Positions 20,037 to 29,518 of a stretch of 64,000 bases of DNA are shown here, in pieces (positions within the stretch are counted from its first letter, which is position 1; every line of letters starts with the position of its first letter). The notes beneath the pieces were generated by a model. The model was given only the letters and a program-made list of their open reading frames with translations. It did not search any database and had not been told where the DNA came from. The position numbers were made by a program, and so were the translations under genes. Source of the DNA: an uncultured virus (IMG/VR IMGVR_UViG_3300022822_000010) (taxonomy: Duplodnaviria > Heunggongvirae > Uroviricota > Caudoviricetes); the IMG/VR virus record IMGVR_UViG_3300022822_000010. One strand, written 5' to 3'.

Positions 20037-21355
20037 TATTTTTCTTCCAAATGATCATATTTACCTTCAAAAGAGCCGACATTGTTACTATCTTTTTTTA
20101 TACTCACCTTCATCGAATACTCATTATTAATATTATCAATCATATGATCTATAGAGGCAACCATGTATTTCCCAGACATCAGTTCGTCTCTGTGTTCGGT
20201 AACAATAGTTGGGTCAGTAGCGTGAGGCAACCACACAGATACACACTCACCCGAACGAACTCTTGTGTCTCCATTTATTGTTATTTTATGAGACATAGCG
20301 TATTGGTTGCTATAAACCGCTCGACGTTTTGCGATAGTCGTATCAGATTTACCCGACATGTTTACCTCATTCTTAAAGGCTAAACTGTTTCTGTTAACAA
20401 AATATGAAACGGGTTCGCTCAGTTCATTAAGGTTCTTCTCACCAACTGTATAATCTCTCGATATTGAGTAGTCGGTATTCATCTTTGGTAGATCCGAATC
20501 GTTAGAATTGAACAAAATTTTATTATATCGTTTTTCGGATATATCAACATCATGAACTACTGCTGTGAATGCCCCGGTCGTGAATCCATCATAATGAGAA
20601 GCGCCAAGGTTCGATGAAATATCTAATATCCTTATACGGTTTTCGTCAAAATTCTCTTTTGTATCTTTTACTCCCATCTCGCCATCTATTTGTCTAAACT
20701 CTTCTATCGAAGCTCTTGATATGATCTCTTCGTAAGACGTCAATACAGTATCATGAAACAAAGTTTCAAACATAAAAAATATATTACCATTAGACCTTTG
20801 AGCTTTCTTTAATAGAAAGACAAACGCTTCTTTGTATGACATATTTGGAATGATTACTGAAAAGTTTCCGTCTGTCTGATCATCTATTACGTTAATCGGC
20901 GACTTATACATAATCTCATTATACAGGCTTGAGACCATGCTACCTATATTACCCTTTACGGATTTAGATACTCTCATACTCGTCGATACCATAGCTGTCT
21001 CGGATATCGCCGTTAATGTGTACCCTTGTATATTAGGTTTCGGTCTATTATACGCCCCAATCCCCGCTAAAGCCAAATACTTAGTGATTTGTATTTCATC
21101 CTCTTTATTACTGATATCGGATTTGATAAGCTCAAGGCGTATCTTCTCGTTGCCAGTAATAACATATTTTTCTAGCAATGCCACAGAGTCTATTATCAGA
21201 AACTCATAAATCGAGTGTATCAAGTAAATGGATTCTTTTATAACTAGAGTCGAAACCAAAGGAGTGATGTCAATATTTTCTCCCCTATAGTTGGTTAACA
21301 ACACTTGAGATATTTTAATAGTACCTGCTGTCAACTCGCGCTTATCGCTACTCAT
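20036..21355 (-). CDS. Baseplate hub protein (gp27-like)
   Basis: Position between gp53 and gp5; IKESIY...IIDSVAL, FFMFET, SGKYMVASIDH motifs. Confidence 0.65.
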   Translation of the reverse strand: MSSDKRELTAGTIKISQVLLTNYRGENIDITPLVSTLVIKESIYLIHSIYEFLIIDSVALLEKYVITGNEKIRLELIKSDISNKEDEIQITKYLALAGIGAYNRPKPNIQGYTLTAISETAMVSTSMRVSKSVKGNIGSMVSSLYNEIMYKSPINVIDDQTDGNFSVIIPNMSYKEAFVFLLKKAQRSNGNIFFMFETLFHDTVLTSYEEIISRASIEEFRQIDGEMGVKDTKENFDENRIRILDISSNLGASHYDGFTTGAFTAVVHDVDISEKRYNKILFNSNDSDLPKMNTDYSISRDYTVGEKNLNELSEPVSYFVNRNSLAFKNEVNMSGKSDTTIAKRRAVYSNQYAMSHKITINGDTRVRSGECVSVWLPHATDPTIVTEHRDELMSGKYMVASIDHMIDNINNEYSMKVSIKKDSNNVGSFEGKYDHLEEK

Positions 21356-22091
21356 TAATTAAACGCCTATAGATTATGGCAAAGTCTTCTACGAATTGTG
21401 ACCGGATTACTCTAATACTAGCTTTGCTGTCATTTATATTATTTTCATTATCGCGGTTAGTTACGATGCCATTAGCAAACTCAAAGTTCTCAAAGTTGCC
21501 GACTAGCTTATCTTCTCCATCAACAAAATGATGAATAGAATTTTTCTCGGTTCGTATTTGGTACTTATCAACTATGGTTTGCGAACCAACGCCGTTAATA
21601 ATCTCATTTGTAGAAAATCTCAAATCAGAATTATATTCGAATGTTAACTGATTGATTGATGTGTCGCGTTTCGTTATAATCGCAGTTGCTCCAGAAGTTA
21701 CTCCAGTCAACACAGAACCTACTAACCATTTGCTTGTTATATCGTTGTAGTTTATATCATCCCCATTTTCTCTGTAAAGCCTTATAGTATAATTTGGGTA
21801 TTTCGTATCAATGTAGTCTTGCATGTCATTATAAGAAAAGGGCCAACTGTTCATGCCGCCTTTTAGTTTATCGTTGATGATAAAAAATGTCCAATAAAAG
21901 TTTGGGGTCCCGTATAATTTAAAAGATAGTTGATCCGGGCGCTCTTCTTGTATATTATAGTCTTGATAAGTAGTCGCGGAAACAAATCTTTTATCAGTCG
22001 TTGATACGCTACGAAATAGGTCGGGTATTGTTGTCGTTTTGCCGTTTTCGTAAAAGTCGTATTGAGTTTTTGGAAATCTCTGAAAAAACAT
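21348..22091 (-). CDS. gp53: Baseplate wedge subunit gp53
   Basis: FFQRFPK..Y, ERPDQLSFKLYG...YWTFFIIN motifs. Confidence 0.88.
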   Translation of the reverse strand: MFFQRFPKTQYDFYENGKTTTIPDLFRSVSTTDKRFVSATTYQDYNIQEERPDQLSFKLYGTPNFYWTFFIINDKLKGGMNSWPFSYNDMQDYIDTKYPNYTIRLYRENGDDINYNDITSKWLVGSVLTGVTSGATAIITKRDTSINQLTFEYNSDLRFSTNEIINGVGSQTIVDKYQIRTEKNSIHHFVDGEDKLVGNFENFEFANGIVTNRDNENNINDSKASIRVIRSQFVEDFAIIYRRLINE

Positions 22092-22873
22092 TAGCCTCTC
22101 CCGTTATTTCTAAATTCAGATCGAGTTATCTGATCCTTTGAATATAGATCATCACGTTTCAATACTTTAGTCTCTCTGAACGATAGAGCAACCGATATCT
22201 CGCTTGGCGACCCATCAACATGTACCCCATTACCGTTTGGATTAAAAGCGACATTTAATGAGGTGAGATAACACTCTTGTATTTTAGGCATATACAAATT
22301 CTCTTCATCTGCGAAGTTAAACTTAATGTCCCATAGTGATGGGTATCTCAAAATAACTTTATCGCCTGAAGCGTACATATACTTTCTAAACGTGTTTGTG
22401 ATTCTGTCGATTTCTTTAGTCTCGTCTGAACTACCCGCCACCATAGTAAACTGAAAAGAGAACTCTCTAATCTCCGCATTATTAAATTGCAGTACAGTAT
22501 TAGGGTTTATAGCAACCCCGCGCTTTTGAAGAAATATATCATTCGCTCGTCCTGCGGTTTCGCCTATAATACCCGCTTTTTGTAAAGCAGATAATACAAG
22601 GCCTTTTTGAACACCCGCATCTTGTCCGGTCATCGATGCTGCGGCTCTCTCTATGCCTGCTCCGTCAATGCTACCATCCGCTCCTACTGCTGCCCCTAGT
22701 AATACCCCAAGATCAAATGTACCATAAGCTGCTCCATCAGTAATAGAAAAACTTGACGGAGAGTAAGTCGTTATGTTAGCGACCGTTACGCCAGATTCTC
22801 TAGCAGCAAACGTCACGAACCCGTTGTTGTTTCTGGCAATATCAAGAGGATATTGTAAGTTCAGCGTACCCAT
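22091..22873 (-). CDS. gp48: Baseplate tail-tube cap gp48
   Basis: INPNTVLQF...REFSFQF...YPSLW...CYLTSLNV...LSFRE motifs. Confidence 0.8.
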   Translation of the reverse strand: MGTLNLQYPLDIARNNNGFVTFAARESGVTVANITTYSPSSFSITDGAAYGTFDLGVLLGAAVGADGSIDGAGIERAAASMTGQDAGVQKGLVLSALQKAGIIGETAGRANDIFLQKRGVAINPNTVLQFNNAEIREFSFQFTMVAGSSDETKEIDRITNTFRKYMYASGDKVILRYPSLWDIKFNFADEENLYMPKIQECYLTSLNVAFNPNGNGVHVDGSPSEISVALSFRETKVLKRDDLYSKDQITRSEFRNNGRG

Positions 22874-22894
22874 TAATCGATAACCTTTTATGCT

Positions 22895-22902
22895 TATAAA
22901 TA
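22895..22902 (+). promoter_or_regulatory. T4-type late promoter
   Basis: Exact TATAAATA on the + strand upstream of the gp4 operon. Confidence 0.65.
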
Positions 22903-22931
22903 TAGTTATTATTATTTATAACAAAAGAAAG

Positions 22932-23126
22932 ATGATAAAATTGAATACAAGATGGCAAGACGTTAAAGAGTTCTTCGATTGGTCGGTTTGGAGAAAAGAA
23001 TTCAAGTGTTGGGTAGTTCACGGTCATTGTTGGGACAAAACAAATTCTAGTCGTATGAGTACTGGACAAATGAATAGATGTAAGCTATGCGATAAGTATG
23101 ACGCTGGCCCAGATGGATGGCACTAA
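22932..23126 (+). CDS. Small Cys/His-rich hypothetical protein
   Basis: C....GH.W...C..C pattern; follows a late promoter; start uncertain. Confidence 0.4.
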   Translation: MIKLNTRWQDVKEFFDWSVWRKEFKCWVVHGHCWDKTNSSRMSTGQMNRCKLCDKYDAGPDGWH

Positions 23127-23569
23127 TGGCATATCGAGGTAAGTATCATCCAAAAGATATAAAGAAGTATATGGGCGATCATACTAAAGTCGTCTATCGT
23201 TCTTTATGGGAAAGGAACACTTTTAGATGGCTTGATGATAATCCTGAGATAAGAGGTTGGAATAGTGAAGATGTGGTTATCAAGTATATTTGCGGTACTG
23301 ATGGAAAATATCATAGATATTTTATTGACATATACTTTGAGACTATTCATGGCAAGAAGTATCTGATAGAAATAAAGCCTAAGAAAGAGACTATGCCTCC
23401 AAAGGCACCGAAGCGTAAGACAAAAAGGTACATTAGTGAGCAATTGACTTACGTCAAAAATATATCTAAATGGAAGGCAGCTACAGAGTTTGCTAAAGAT
23501 AACGGTGTAAAGTTCTTTATATGGGATGAAACTATATTACGTTCAATGGGTATAAGCATTATTAAATAA
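23126..23569 (+). CDS. gp4: Head completion nuclease gp4
   Basis: MAYRGKYHP...KYMGD...YRSLWE...WNSE...HRYFID...IEIKP motifs. Confidence 0.92.
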   Translation: MAYRGKYHPKDIKKYMGDHTKVVYRSLWERNTFRWLDDNPEIRGWNSEDVVIKYICGTDGKYHRYFIDIYFETIHGKKYLIEIKPKKETMPPKAPKRKTKRYISEQLTYVKNISKWKAATEFAKDNGVKFFIWDETILRSMGISIIK

Positions 23570-23599
23570 CATACTACTCTGGCTGCGGCGGGGTTCCTT

Positions 23600-23628
23600 A
23601 TTATAACCTATTTACGACGAAAAGTCAA
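23600..23628 (-). promoter_or_regulatory. Sigma70-type promoter pointing antisense into gp4
   Basis: TTGACT-N17-TATAAT on the minus strand, same AAAGC context as the early promoter family. Confidence 0.65.
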
Positions 23629-23654
23629 GCTTTATTTTAATTAATTTAAGACGG

Positions 23655-23662
23655 TATAAATA
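23655..23662 (+). promoter_or_regulatory. T4-type late promoter
   Basis: Exact TATAAATA just upstream of the gp2 ATG. Confidence 0.7.
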
Positions 23663-23667
23663 CTTGT

Positions 23668-24264
23668 ATGGCACAATCATTATTCGATAAACTAGAAATA
23701 GAAGCTTTTAGAGCAGGTATTGCTCCAAGGACTGCTCAATCTCGAAAGTGGTTCCAAGATCGCATGAGAGATATGGGTAACATAAACCGTACTGCGTTAC
23801 TTAATGATGAGCGGTTACAGCAACGTCAACGTTTTGGTATTGGTAATCTTTACATGTACTTTTACGACCCAAAACACAGAAAGACTCTACCATACTATGA
23901 CTCCTTTCCATTAACGATAATGGTTGGTCCAGCGAAAGGTGGTTTTTACGGGTTGAATATGCATTACCTACCGCCACCGCTTCGTGCTGTTTTGTTTGAT
24001 AAATTGCTACAAACTACTAACAACGAAAGAATGAATGAAACAACTAAGTTTAAGATAAATTATGCTTTGTTAAGTAGCGTCGCAGCTATGAAGTTTTTCC
24101 GACCTTGCTTCAAGCATTATTTGCGTGGACAAGTCGATTCTAAAATTGCGCTAATAGAACCAGCAGAATGGGAAGTTGCTATGTTTATGCCTACCCAACA
24201 ATTCAATAAAGCTAATGACCGAAAGGTCTGGGCTGATTCAAGAAAAATGGCTAAGAAAAAATGA
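23668..24264 (+). CDS. gp2: DNA end protector gp2
   Basis: YFYDPKHRKTLPYYDSFPL...GLNMHYLPP..R motif. Confidence 0.92.
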   Translation: MAQSLFDKLEIEAFRAGIAPRTAQSRKWFQDRMRDMGNINRTALLNDERLQQRQRFGIGNLYMYFYDPKHRKTLPYYDSFPLTIMVGPAKGGFYGLNMHYLPPPLRAVLFDKLLQTTNNERMNETTKFKINYALLSSVAAMKFFRPCFKHYLRGQVDSKIALIEPAEWEVAMFMPTQQFNKANDRKVWADSRKMAKKK

Positions 24265-24833
24265 GCATTGGTTTAGAGTTATTAAAAGCGAAATTGAGTT
24301 TCGGTGGAGGGCCTGCTGTATCGAATAGGTTTGATGTAGTTTTACCTTCTCCATACTTTAATCGCACCGACATATTTCTAGTTGAGTCGGCTACTTTGCC
24401 CGGAAGAAGTATATCAACTTCTGAGTTTACTACCAACCGTGAAACAATGAAGAACCCGTATACATTTATCGATGGTGAGGTGTCTATGACGTTTATTCTA
24501 GATAACCGATACACTATGAGAAAAGCATTCGATCGATGGATGAATGATGTACTTAACGTAGAAACGTATCAGCTAGGATACAAACACGGTAATAATGGCG
24601 ACGGGTATGCTAAGTCGATAACAGTAAAGCAACAAGACAAAAGATTGTTAACAGTATATCAGGTCGAGTTGCTAAATGCTTACCCTATCAGCATTTCAAA
24701 CATTGACTTATCAAATGAATCAGAGAACACCATAAGCAAATTAACAGTCGAGTTTGCTTATGATAAATACAGACCTATAGACACGCTTCTTGATAGCGCG
24801 ACCGACGAAGTTAGAGGCAGACTTGGAATATAA
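24261..24833 (+). CDS. gp54: Baseplate tail-tube initiator gp54-like (gp19 fold)
   Basis: NRFDV...ATLPGRSIST...LLNAYPISIS...LTVEFAY; synteny with gp2 and gp26. Confidence 0.7.
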   Translation: MSIGLELLKAKLSFGGGPAVSNRFDVVLPSPYFNRTDIFLVESATLPGRSISTSEFTTNRETMKNPYTFIDGEVSMTFILDNRYTMRKAFDRWMNDVLNVETYQLGYKHGNNGDGYAKSITVKQQDKRLLTVYQVELLNAYPISISNIDLSNESENTISKLTVEFAYDKYRPIDTLLDSATDEVRGRLGI

Positions 24834-24859
24834 CTTAATTAAATTAAAGGCGAAATGAG

Positions 24860-25561
24860 ATGGCATTACCCGTATTAAAAACACCTACATATGAATTCGC
24901 GATTCCCTCTACAGGAAAAATAGTGGAATATCGCCCATATACAGTAAAGGAAGAGAAAATTTTACTTTTAGCCAAGGAGACAAAAGACCCCAAAGCGATG
25001 TTGAGAGCATCACGAGATTTAATACGAGCCTGTACCTTTGAAAAGGTTTATACTAACTCTTTGACCATGTTTGACTTTGAGTTTATGTTTCTTCAGATTA
25101 GGGCTAAGTCAGTTGGCGAGACATCAGATATTCAAGTTGCTTGTACTAAATGTCAAGAGTATAATGACATAAACATCAACATAGATGAAGCTGAAGTAAA
25201 AGGCGATTTGAAGCGCGACATGAAGGTGATGATTGATGATAACGTCGGTATAGTTTTAAAGTTTCCAATGTTTAAATCAGCTGAAATGTTTGTAGGGGAA
25301 GAAGAAAGCGTTGACACGGTCTTGAACTTAATCGCATCTTGTATAGATTCCATATTTGATCAAGACTCGGTTTATCCCGCAAAAGAACAAACTGAAGAAG
25401 AACTAATTAAATTTGTCGAGAGTATTTCATCGTCGAAGTTTAAAGATATATCAGCAAAATTAGATGATCTACCTTCGGTGGCGCTTGATACTGTATTCGA
25501 TTGCGTACATTGTGAGCATAAGAACAAAGTTGAGATAAAAGGTCTTCAAAGTTTTTTTTAA
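24860..25561 (+). CDS. gp26: Baseplate hub assembly chaperone gp26
   Basis: MALPVL.TPTY...PSTG...YRPYTVKEEKILL, IRAKSVGE, two CxxC motifs, GLQSFF end. Confidence 0.88.
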   Translation: MALPVLKTPTYEFAIPSTGKIVEYRPYTVKEEKILLLAKETKDPKAMLRASRDLIRACTFEKVYTNSLTMFDFEFMFLQIRAKSVGETSDIQVACTKCQEYNDININIDEAEVKGDLKRDMKVMIDDNVGIVLKFPMFKSAEMFVGEEESVDTVLNLIASCIDSIFDQDSVYPAKEQTEEELIKFVESISSSKFKDISAKLDDLPSVALDTVFDCVHCEHKNKVEIKGLQSFF

Positions 25562-25737
25562 TATGTCTTTCCCATGAATCAATCGAAAATTATTATAGGA
25601 CCACTTTCACTATGGTCCAAAGTCATAATTGGAGTCTGAGCGAGCTGGATAATATGCTCCCTTGGGAAAGACAAATCTATGTTGGTATGCTAGTTAATTT
25701 AATAAAAGAAGAGAACGAAAGACTTACAAAGGGTTGA
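25558..25737 (+). CDS. gp51: Baseplate hub assembly catalyst gp51 (missed by ORF track; -1 frame relative to gp26)
   Basis: Frame reads LICLSHESIENYYRTTFTMVQSHNWSLSELDNMLPWERQIYVGMLVNLIKEENERLTKG*; first ATG at 25612. Confidence 0.8.
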   Translation, partial: LICLSHESIENYYRTTFTMVQSHNWSLSELDNMLPWERQIYVGMLVNLIKEENERLTKG

Positions 25738-25742
25738 TGTAA

Positions 25743-25991
25743 ATGAGCGAAGATAGTGATAACAAAGAAGAAGAATTTCAAATACACCGTAGAAAGGTGA
25801 GAGCACAAAGACATATGGCGACGGTTGCTTTATTTGTTATGATATTGTTTACTGCTTTTTTACTCACGCCGCTTATCCCTATAGATAGAATAAATGCACT
25901 ATCAGACTTATCCGCGATGTTTTATATATCGATGGGCGGTATTATAGCCGCCTATATGGGTGTGTCTGCTTGGATGGAGAAAAAGAAGTAA
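25743..25991 (+). CDS. Two-transmembrane-helix protein (holin-like topology, function unknown)
   Basis: Two hydrophobic segments with charged termini. Confidence 0.5.
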   Translation: MSEDSDNKEEEFQIHRRKVRAQRHMATVALFVMILFTAFLLTPLIPIDRINALSDLSAMFYISMGGIIAAYMGVSAWMEKKK

Positions 25992-27667
25992 TGGAACAAG
26001 AAAGAAATCGAAGTATAAAGAAAGAGTTAGATGCTCTTATTAAAACTATGCAACAGTCAACTAAGCGTAATGCTACGGGGGAGACTATTGGAGAATTATT
26101 AAAAGCAGTTAATAGCAATAAAAAGAAAGATGCCGAGTCTGAAGCAATGAAGGCCGACTTGATAATGAAGTTGACTAATCAGCAAAGGGTCATCGATGAT
26201 ACTAACGCCACTCAAGGTGCGGTCAACCTTGCTCAAAGAAATGTCGCTGTTCTTCAGCAACTAATCGAAGAGCAAGCAAGAAATGCGCAGCCAGAAGAAG
26301 ATAGACGTGAAGCAAATAAAATGTCTAATAAGATTCTTGCGGCCACTAAGGGTATGAGTGATGGTATAAAGAGTCTTGAGAAGGGTATCGGTGATGCTAT
26401 GTCAACTGCCGGTAAAGGACTCGGGATAGCTGGTTTGATTATGTTATTCGCAGACCCCAAGAAACTTATAGAGTATATTACAAAGACGTTCAACTTTATA
26501 AGCGATTTCGTGGGAGACTTCTATAATGTTATTCTAGGTAAAAAAGATTTTCTTGATGCTGTCGGTAACAACCTCACTCTATCTTTATTAGCCGGTGGTG
26601 CTATATTATTAAAAATCGGCCTAGTCTTTGCTAGTATAGTCACTAAAGGCGCTGCCTTGTTTTCGGCTGTATCGACTATGGCTGCTAGCTTGATGGCCAC
26701 TTATGGTTCAGTCCTCGGTATTGTAAAGCATTTTGCGAAAGTCGGCCTAGTAGTCGGTTTGATTGTTATCGCGGTAATATCGTTATTCAAGGCTGTCAAA
26801 GAAGCATTTGCGGTCTTCGAAGAGACTGGCTCAAAGATGGAAGCCTTTAAAGCGCTGATAAGCACGTTTTTCTCTAACCTTATTGGTATCCCTGCCAATT
26901 TGATAAAAGATATGATTGGATTTGTAGCTGGAATGTTAGGGTTCGAAAATATTGAAAAAGAGCTTGATGATCTCGATATAGTCAAAGTACTAAAAGATAC
27001 TATTGAAGGAATGTTCAAGTGGATAAGTGGCGTGTTCGACGATATTATTGGTTCAGTCAGAAGCGTACTTGGCCCCGGTATCGGTGGCTTTAATGATGAA
27101 GAACAAGAAGCATATGATAAGCGCAAACGTGGTCGAGAGATTGAAAGTCTTGAGAAGAAGATGGAAAATGCGCCAGAAACTGCGCGTAATACCCGACGAG
27201 GGCCTGCTACAGAAACAAAGGCTGATATAAAGAAAAAACTTGATGCGCTCTATGAAGAACAAGGAATCGAAGCACCGCTCAAAGTTAAGAAAATGGATGA
27301 TAATGACGCGAGTGAGACGGTTAAGAAATTTCGCGCAGATAAAGTAGAAAACTTAAATCAAAAAGTTGCTGAAGGCGCTTCGCTTTCGGGTAGCGAATCT
27401 GCGTTTTTAGATAGAAATGCCGAAAGTGCGCGGAGATCAGAAATTCCTGCTAGACTGAGTAGTAAGTCTCCCTTAGAAAATCTTAAGTCGGAGCAAGACG
27501 TGAGTAATGCTATAAGCGCTAGGAAAGAGGCGACCAATATGACAGTCGCCTCAGGTGGAAGTAATACTTCAGTGACTAATAACAATACTGTAAACAATAC
27601 AAATATATCGAATGATACTAGCGCAGATACATTAACAAGAGGGTTGTATGCGCCCATTGCTTATTAA
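25991..27667 (+). CDS. Tape measure / baseplate hub gp29-like protein
   Basis: Helical N-terminus, hydrophobic Ala/Gly central region, Asn/Thr-rich C-terminus; follows gp26/gp51. Confidence 0.7.
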   Translation: MEQERNRSIKKELDALIKTMQQSTKRNATGETIGELLKAVNSNKKKDAESEAMKADLIMKLTNQQRVIDDTNATQGAVNLAQRNVAVLQQLIEEQARNAQPEEDRREANKMSNKILAATKGMSDGIKSLEKGIGDAMSTAGKGLGIAGLIMLFADPKKLIEYITKTFNFISDFVGDFYNVILGKKDFLDAVGNNLTLSLLAGGAILLKIGLVFASIVTKGAALFSAVSTMAASLMATYGSVLGIVKHFAKVGLVVGLIVIAVISLFKAVKEAFAVFEETGSKMEAFKALISTFFSNLIGIPANLIKDMIGFVAGMLGFENIEKELDDLDIVKVLKDTIEGMFKWISGVFDDIIGSVRSVLGPGIGGFNDEEQEAYDKRKRGREIESLEKKMENAPETARNTRRGPATETKADIKKKLDALYEEQGIEAPLKVKKMDDNDASETVKKFRADKVENLNQKVAEGASLSGSESAFLDRNAESARRSEIPARLSSKSPLENLKSEQDVSNAISARKEATNMTVASGGSNTSVTNNNTVNNTNISNDTSADTLTRGLYAPIAY

Positions 27668-28224
27668 ACGTAGTGTGCATAACTCGAAATAATATACTTT
27701 GTTCCGCTAATTGGCGGAGTACCGATATGAGGGTACATCCATAGTGGTGGAAAGACTGCCACTGAACCCTCTATCGGCAATACGCTAAATCCTTCTGAGT
27801 CGTTACAACTCCAGTCGAATATGGTTTCTCCACCTTCTTCTACCGTATTAACATAATAGATAAAAGCCAAAAAGCGCTTTGCTGTATCGTGGTTTCCAAC
27901 ATCAACGTGCCAGTCAAAGAACTCACCAGAGTCTGGTTCATACCTTTTCATCCTGAACTCTTCGAAAGTAAAGTTTGTTGGAAAATGTTTTGCTCCAGTC
28001 TCGTTTGCGTAAAATTGTATCAACCTATGTTGCGTTTGCGTCAATAACTCTACTTCTCTTTCAAAGTTTCCGTCCGTACAAAGATTTAATTCCTGAAATT
28101 TATAGCGATCTTCTTCTCTGATAATAGAGTTATCACTTTTATTAAATTTAGAAATTAAGTTTTGACAGGTAAGTTCAGGTAGAGCATTCTCTACGGGTAA
28201 AACTAGATCAATTGTATGTAGCAT
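27664..28224 (-). CDS. 2OG-Fe(II) oxygenase (prolyl-4-hydroxylase-like)
   Basis: WHVD (HxD), YVNTVEEGGET, FPPLWMYPH, KYI motifs. Confidence 0.88.
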   Translation of the reverse strand: MLHTIDLVLPVENALPELTCQNLISKFNKSDNSIIREEDRYKFQELNLCTDGNFEREVELLTQTQHRLIQFYANETGAKHFPTNFTFEEFRMKRYEPDSGEFFDWHVDVGNHDTAKRFLAFIYYVNTVEEGGETIFDWSCNDSEGFSVLPIEGSVAVFPPLWMYPHIGTPPISGTKYIISSYAHYV

Positions 28225-28250
28225 CGTTAGCCTCAATTCGAATCAAATAA

Positions 28251-28273
28251 AAAAGGGGCACAAGGCCCCTTTT
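28251..28273. terminator. Rho-independent terminator after gp32
   Basis: AAAAGGGGC-ACAAG-GCCCCTTTT hairpin with A/T tracts on both sides. Confidence 0.8.
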
Positions 28274-28281
28274 ACGTATGG

Positions 28282-29184
28282 TTAGCTGTTCGCTAAATTA
28301 GAGAAGTATGACATAGTATCTTCGTCGTCGCTAGACTTCACTACATTCGCAGTCTCATTTTCGGCCTTAGCTTTCAATACTGGCGCTTCTTTGGGTTCAT
28401 CTAGTTCAATAGATTCTGCTGTAGTCATAGGTACTGCTGTTTGACCTAAAACTTGCTTCATTTTAGTCTCTAGCTCGGCATAAGATTTATAATTAGCTGG
28501 ATCTACGTAGTCCCCTAGTTTATAGAGTTTGTTAAATACTTCTTCAAGAGCAACTTCGTCGCCATCTAGAAACTCGCTAGGGGCAGCGAATACCGACGAA
28601 CCGTAATTAACCCAACCATCTACTTTACGAACCTTAATTTTAAACTCAGCGCCTTCCCATAAGTCGAATGGGTTCATAGGAGCGTCATCTGGAAACTCAG
28701 GCTGCATTACGTCCATGATCATGTCAAAGATTTTCTTACCATAAACATACTTGAAGATCTTGCCTTCGTTCTGAGGGTTAGCAGGGTCTGAGACTACATA
28801 GATGTTTGACGCGTAATGTAATCGTCGCTTCTGTCTACGCGCAGTTTCTTTATCTTCATCGCGACCAGTGTTCCATAGTAAGCTATTATGCTCAGAAACG
28901 GGGTCTTGCTTACCGATAGATGTTAAAGACTTTTCGATATACCATTTACCGCCGGGACCTTGAAAGCCGTGATCCCAATATTGTACCCAAGGAATATCTT
29001 CGCCTTCGGCAGCAGGGAGGAATCTAATTACAGCGTATGCGTTACCCGCTTTGTCGCGAGAGACTTTCCATTCTGCGTCATCAACAAAGGACTTCTTATC
29101 ACCGCTGCCGCCGACTTTCTCCGCAGCTTTAATTAGTTTGTCCATAGAGTTTGTGCGCGACTTCTTTAAATCTTTAAAAGACAT
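28282..29184 (-). CDS. gp32: Single-stranded DNA-binding protein gp32
   Basis: DKAGNAYAVIRFLPA, HGFQGPGGKWYIEKSL, YGKKIFD, NPFDLWEGA, acidic tail with MSYFSNLA. Confidence 0.95.
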   Translation of the reverse strand: MSFKDLKKSRTNSMDKLIKAAEKVGGSGDKKSFVDDAEWKVSRDKAGNAYAVIRFLPAAEGEDIPWVQYWDHGFQGPGGKWYIEKSLTSIGKQDPVSEHNSLLWNTGRDEDKETARRQKRRLHYASNIYVVSDPANPQNEGKIFKYVYGKKIFDMIMDVMQPEFPDDAPMNPFDLWEGAEFKIKVRKVDGWVNYGSSVFAAPSEFLDGDEVALEEVFNKLYKLGDYVDPANYKSYAELETKMKQVLGQTAVPMTTAESIELDEPKEAPVLKAKAENETANVVKSSDDEDTMSYFSNLANS

Positions 29185-29197
29185 ATTGTTTCTTATC

Positions 29198-29243
29198 CTG
29201 TATATAATTGTATTTAATTGTATTTAAGTGTATCATAATGTAG
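29198..29243 (-). promoter_or_regulatory. Probable gp32 translational autoregulatory operator (AT-rich 10-nt tandem repeats)
   Basis: Four imperfect A(A/C)TTA(A/T)ATAC repeats directly upstream of the gp32 RBS; late promoter at 29269-29276. Confidence 0.5.
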
Positions 29244-29296
29244 TCGCCAAAGTATTATGGCTCACCGTTATTTATAATGCTTATTTTCTCCTGTTA

Positions 29297-29518
29297 TTAA
29301 CACTGTTCTTCGAATTCGTCATCAATACGATCTACCCATTGATTATGTTCGAGCTTTTTACCTATAGTTACCATAGACATCATAAAATCGCTGACATTAC
29401 AGTATGGCTTTCGCTTTAGTTCGCCTAGACACTGATCGCAGATATAACCATAAGTAATAGAATAACGATCACACATTACCCTTTCACAATCGCCTCGCAT
29501 ACATTCTAATACGCTCAT
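29297..29518 (-). CDS. Cys-rich hypothetical protein
   Basis: ORF coupled to upstream stop; C....C....C...C..C pattern. Confidence 0.5.
   Translation of the reverse strand: MSVLECMRGDCERVMCDRYSITYGYICDQCLGELKRKPYCNVSDFMMSMVTIGKKLEHNQWVDRIDDEFEEQC

Noticed and set aside
895..21209. Many plus-strand ORFs of 60-209 aa opposite the structural genes
   Set aside because: Antisense shadows of long minus-strand genes; no RBS, promoter or recognisable motifs
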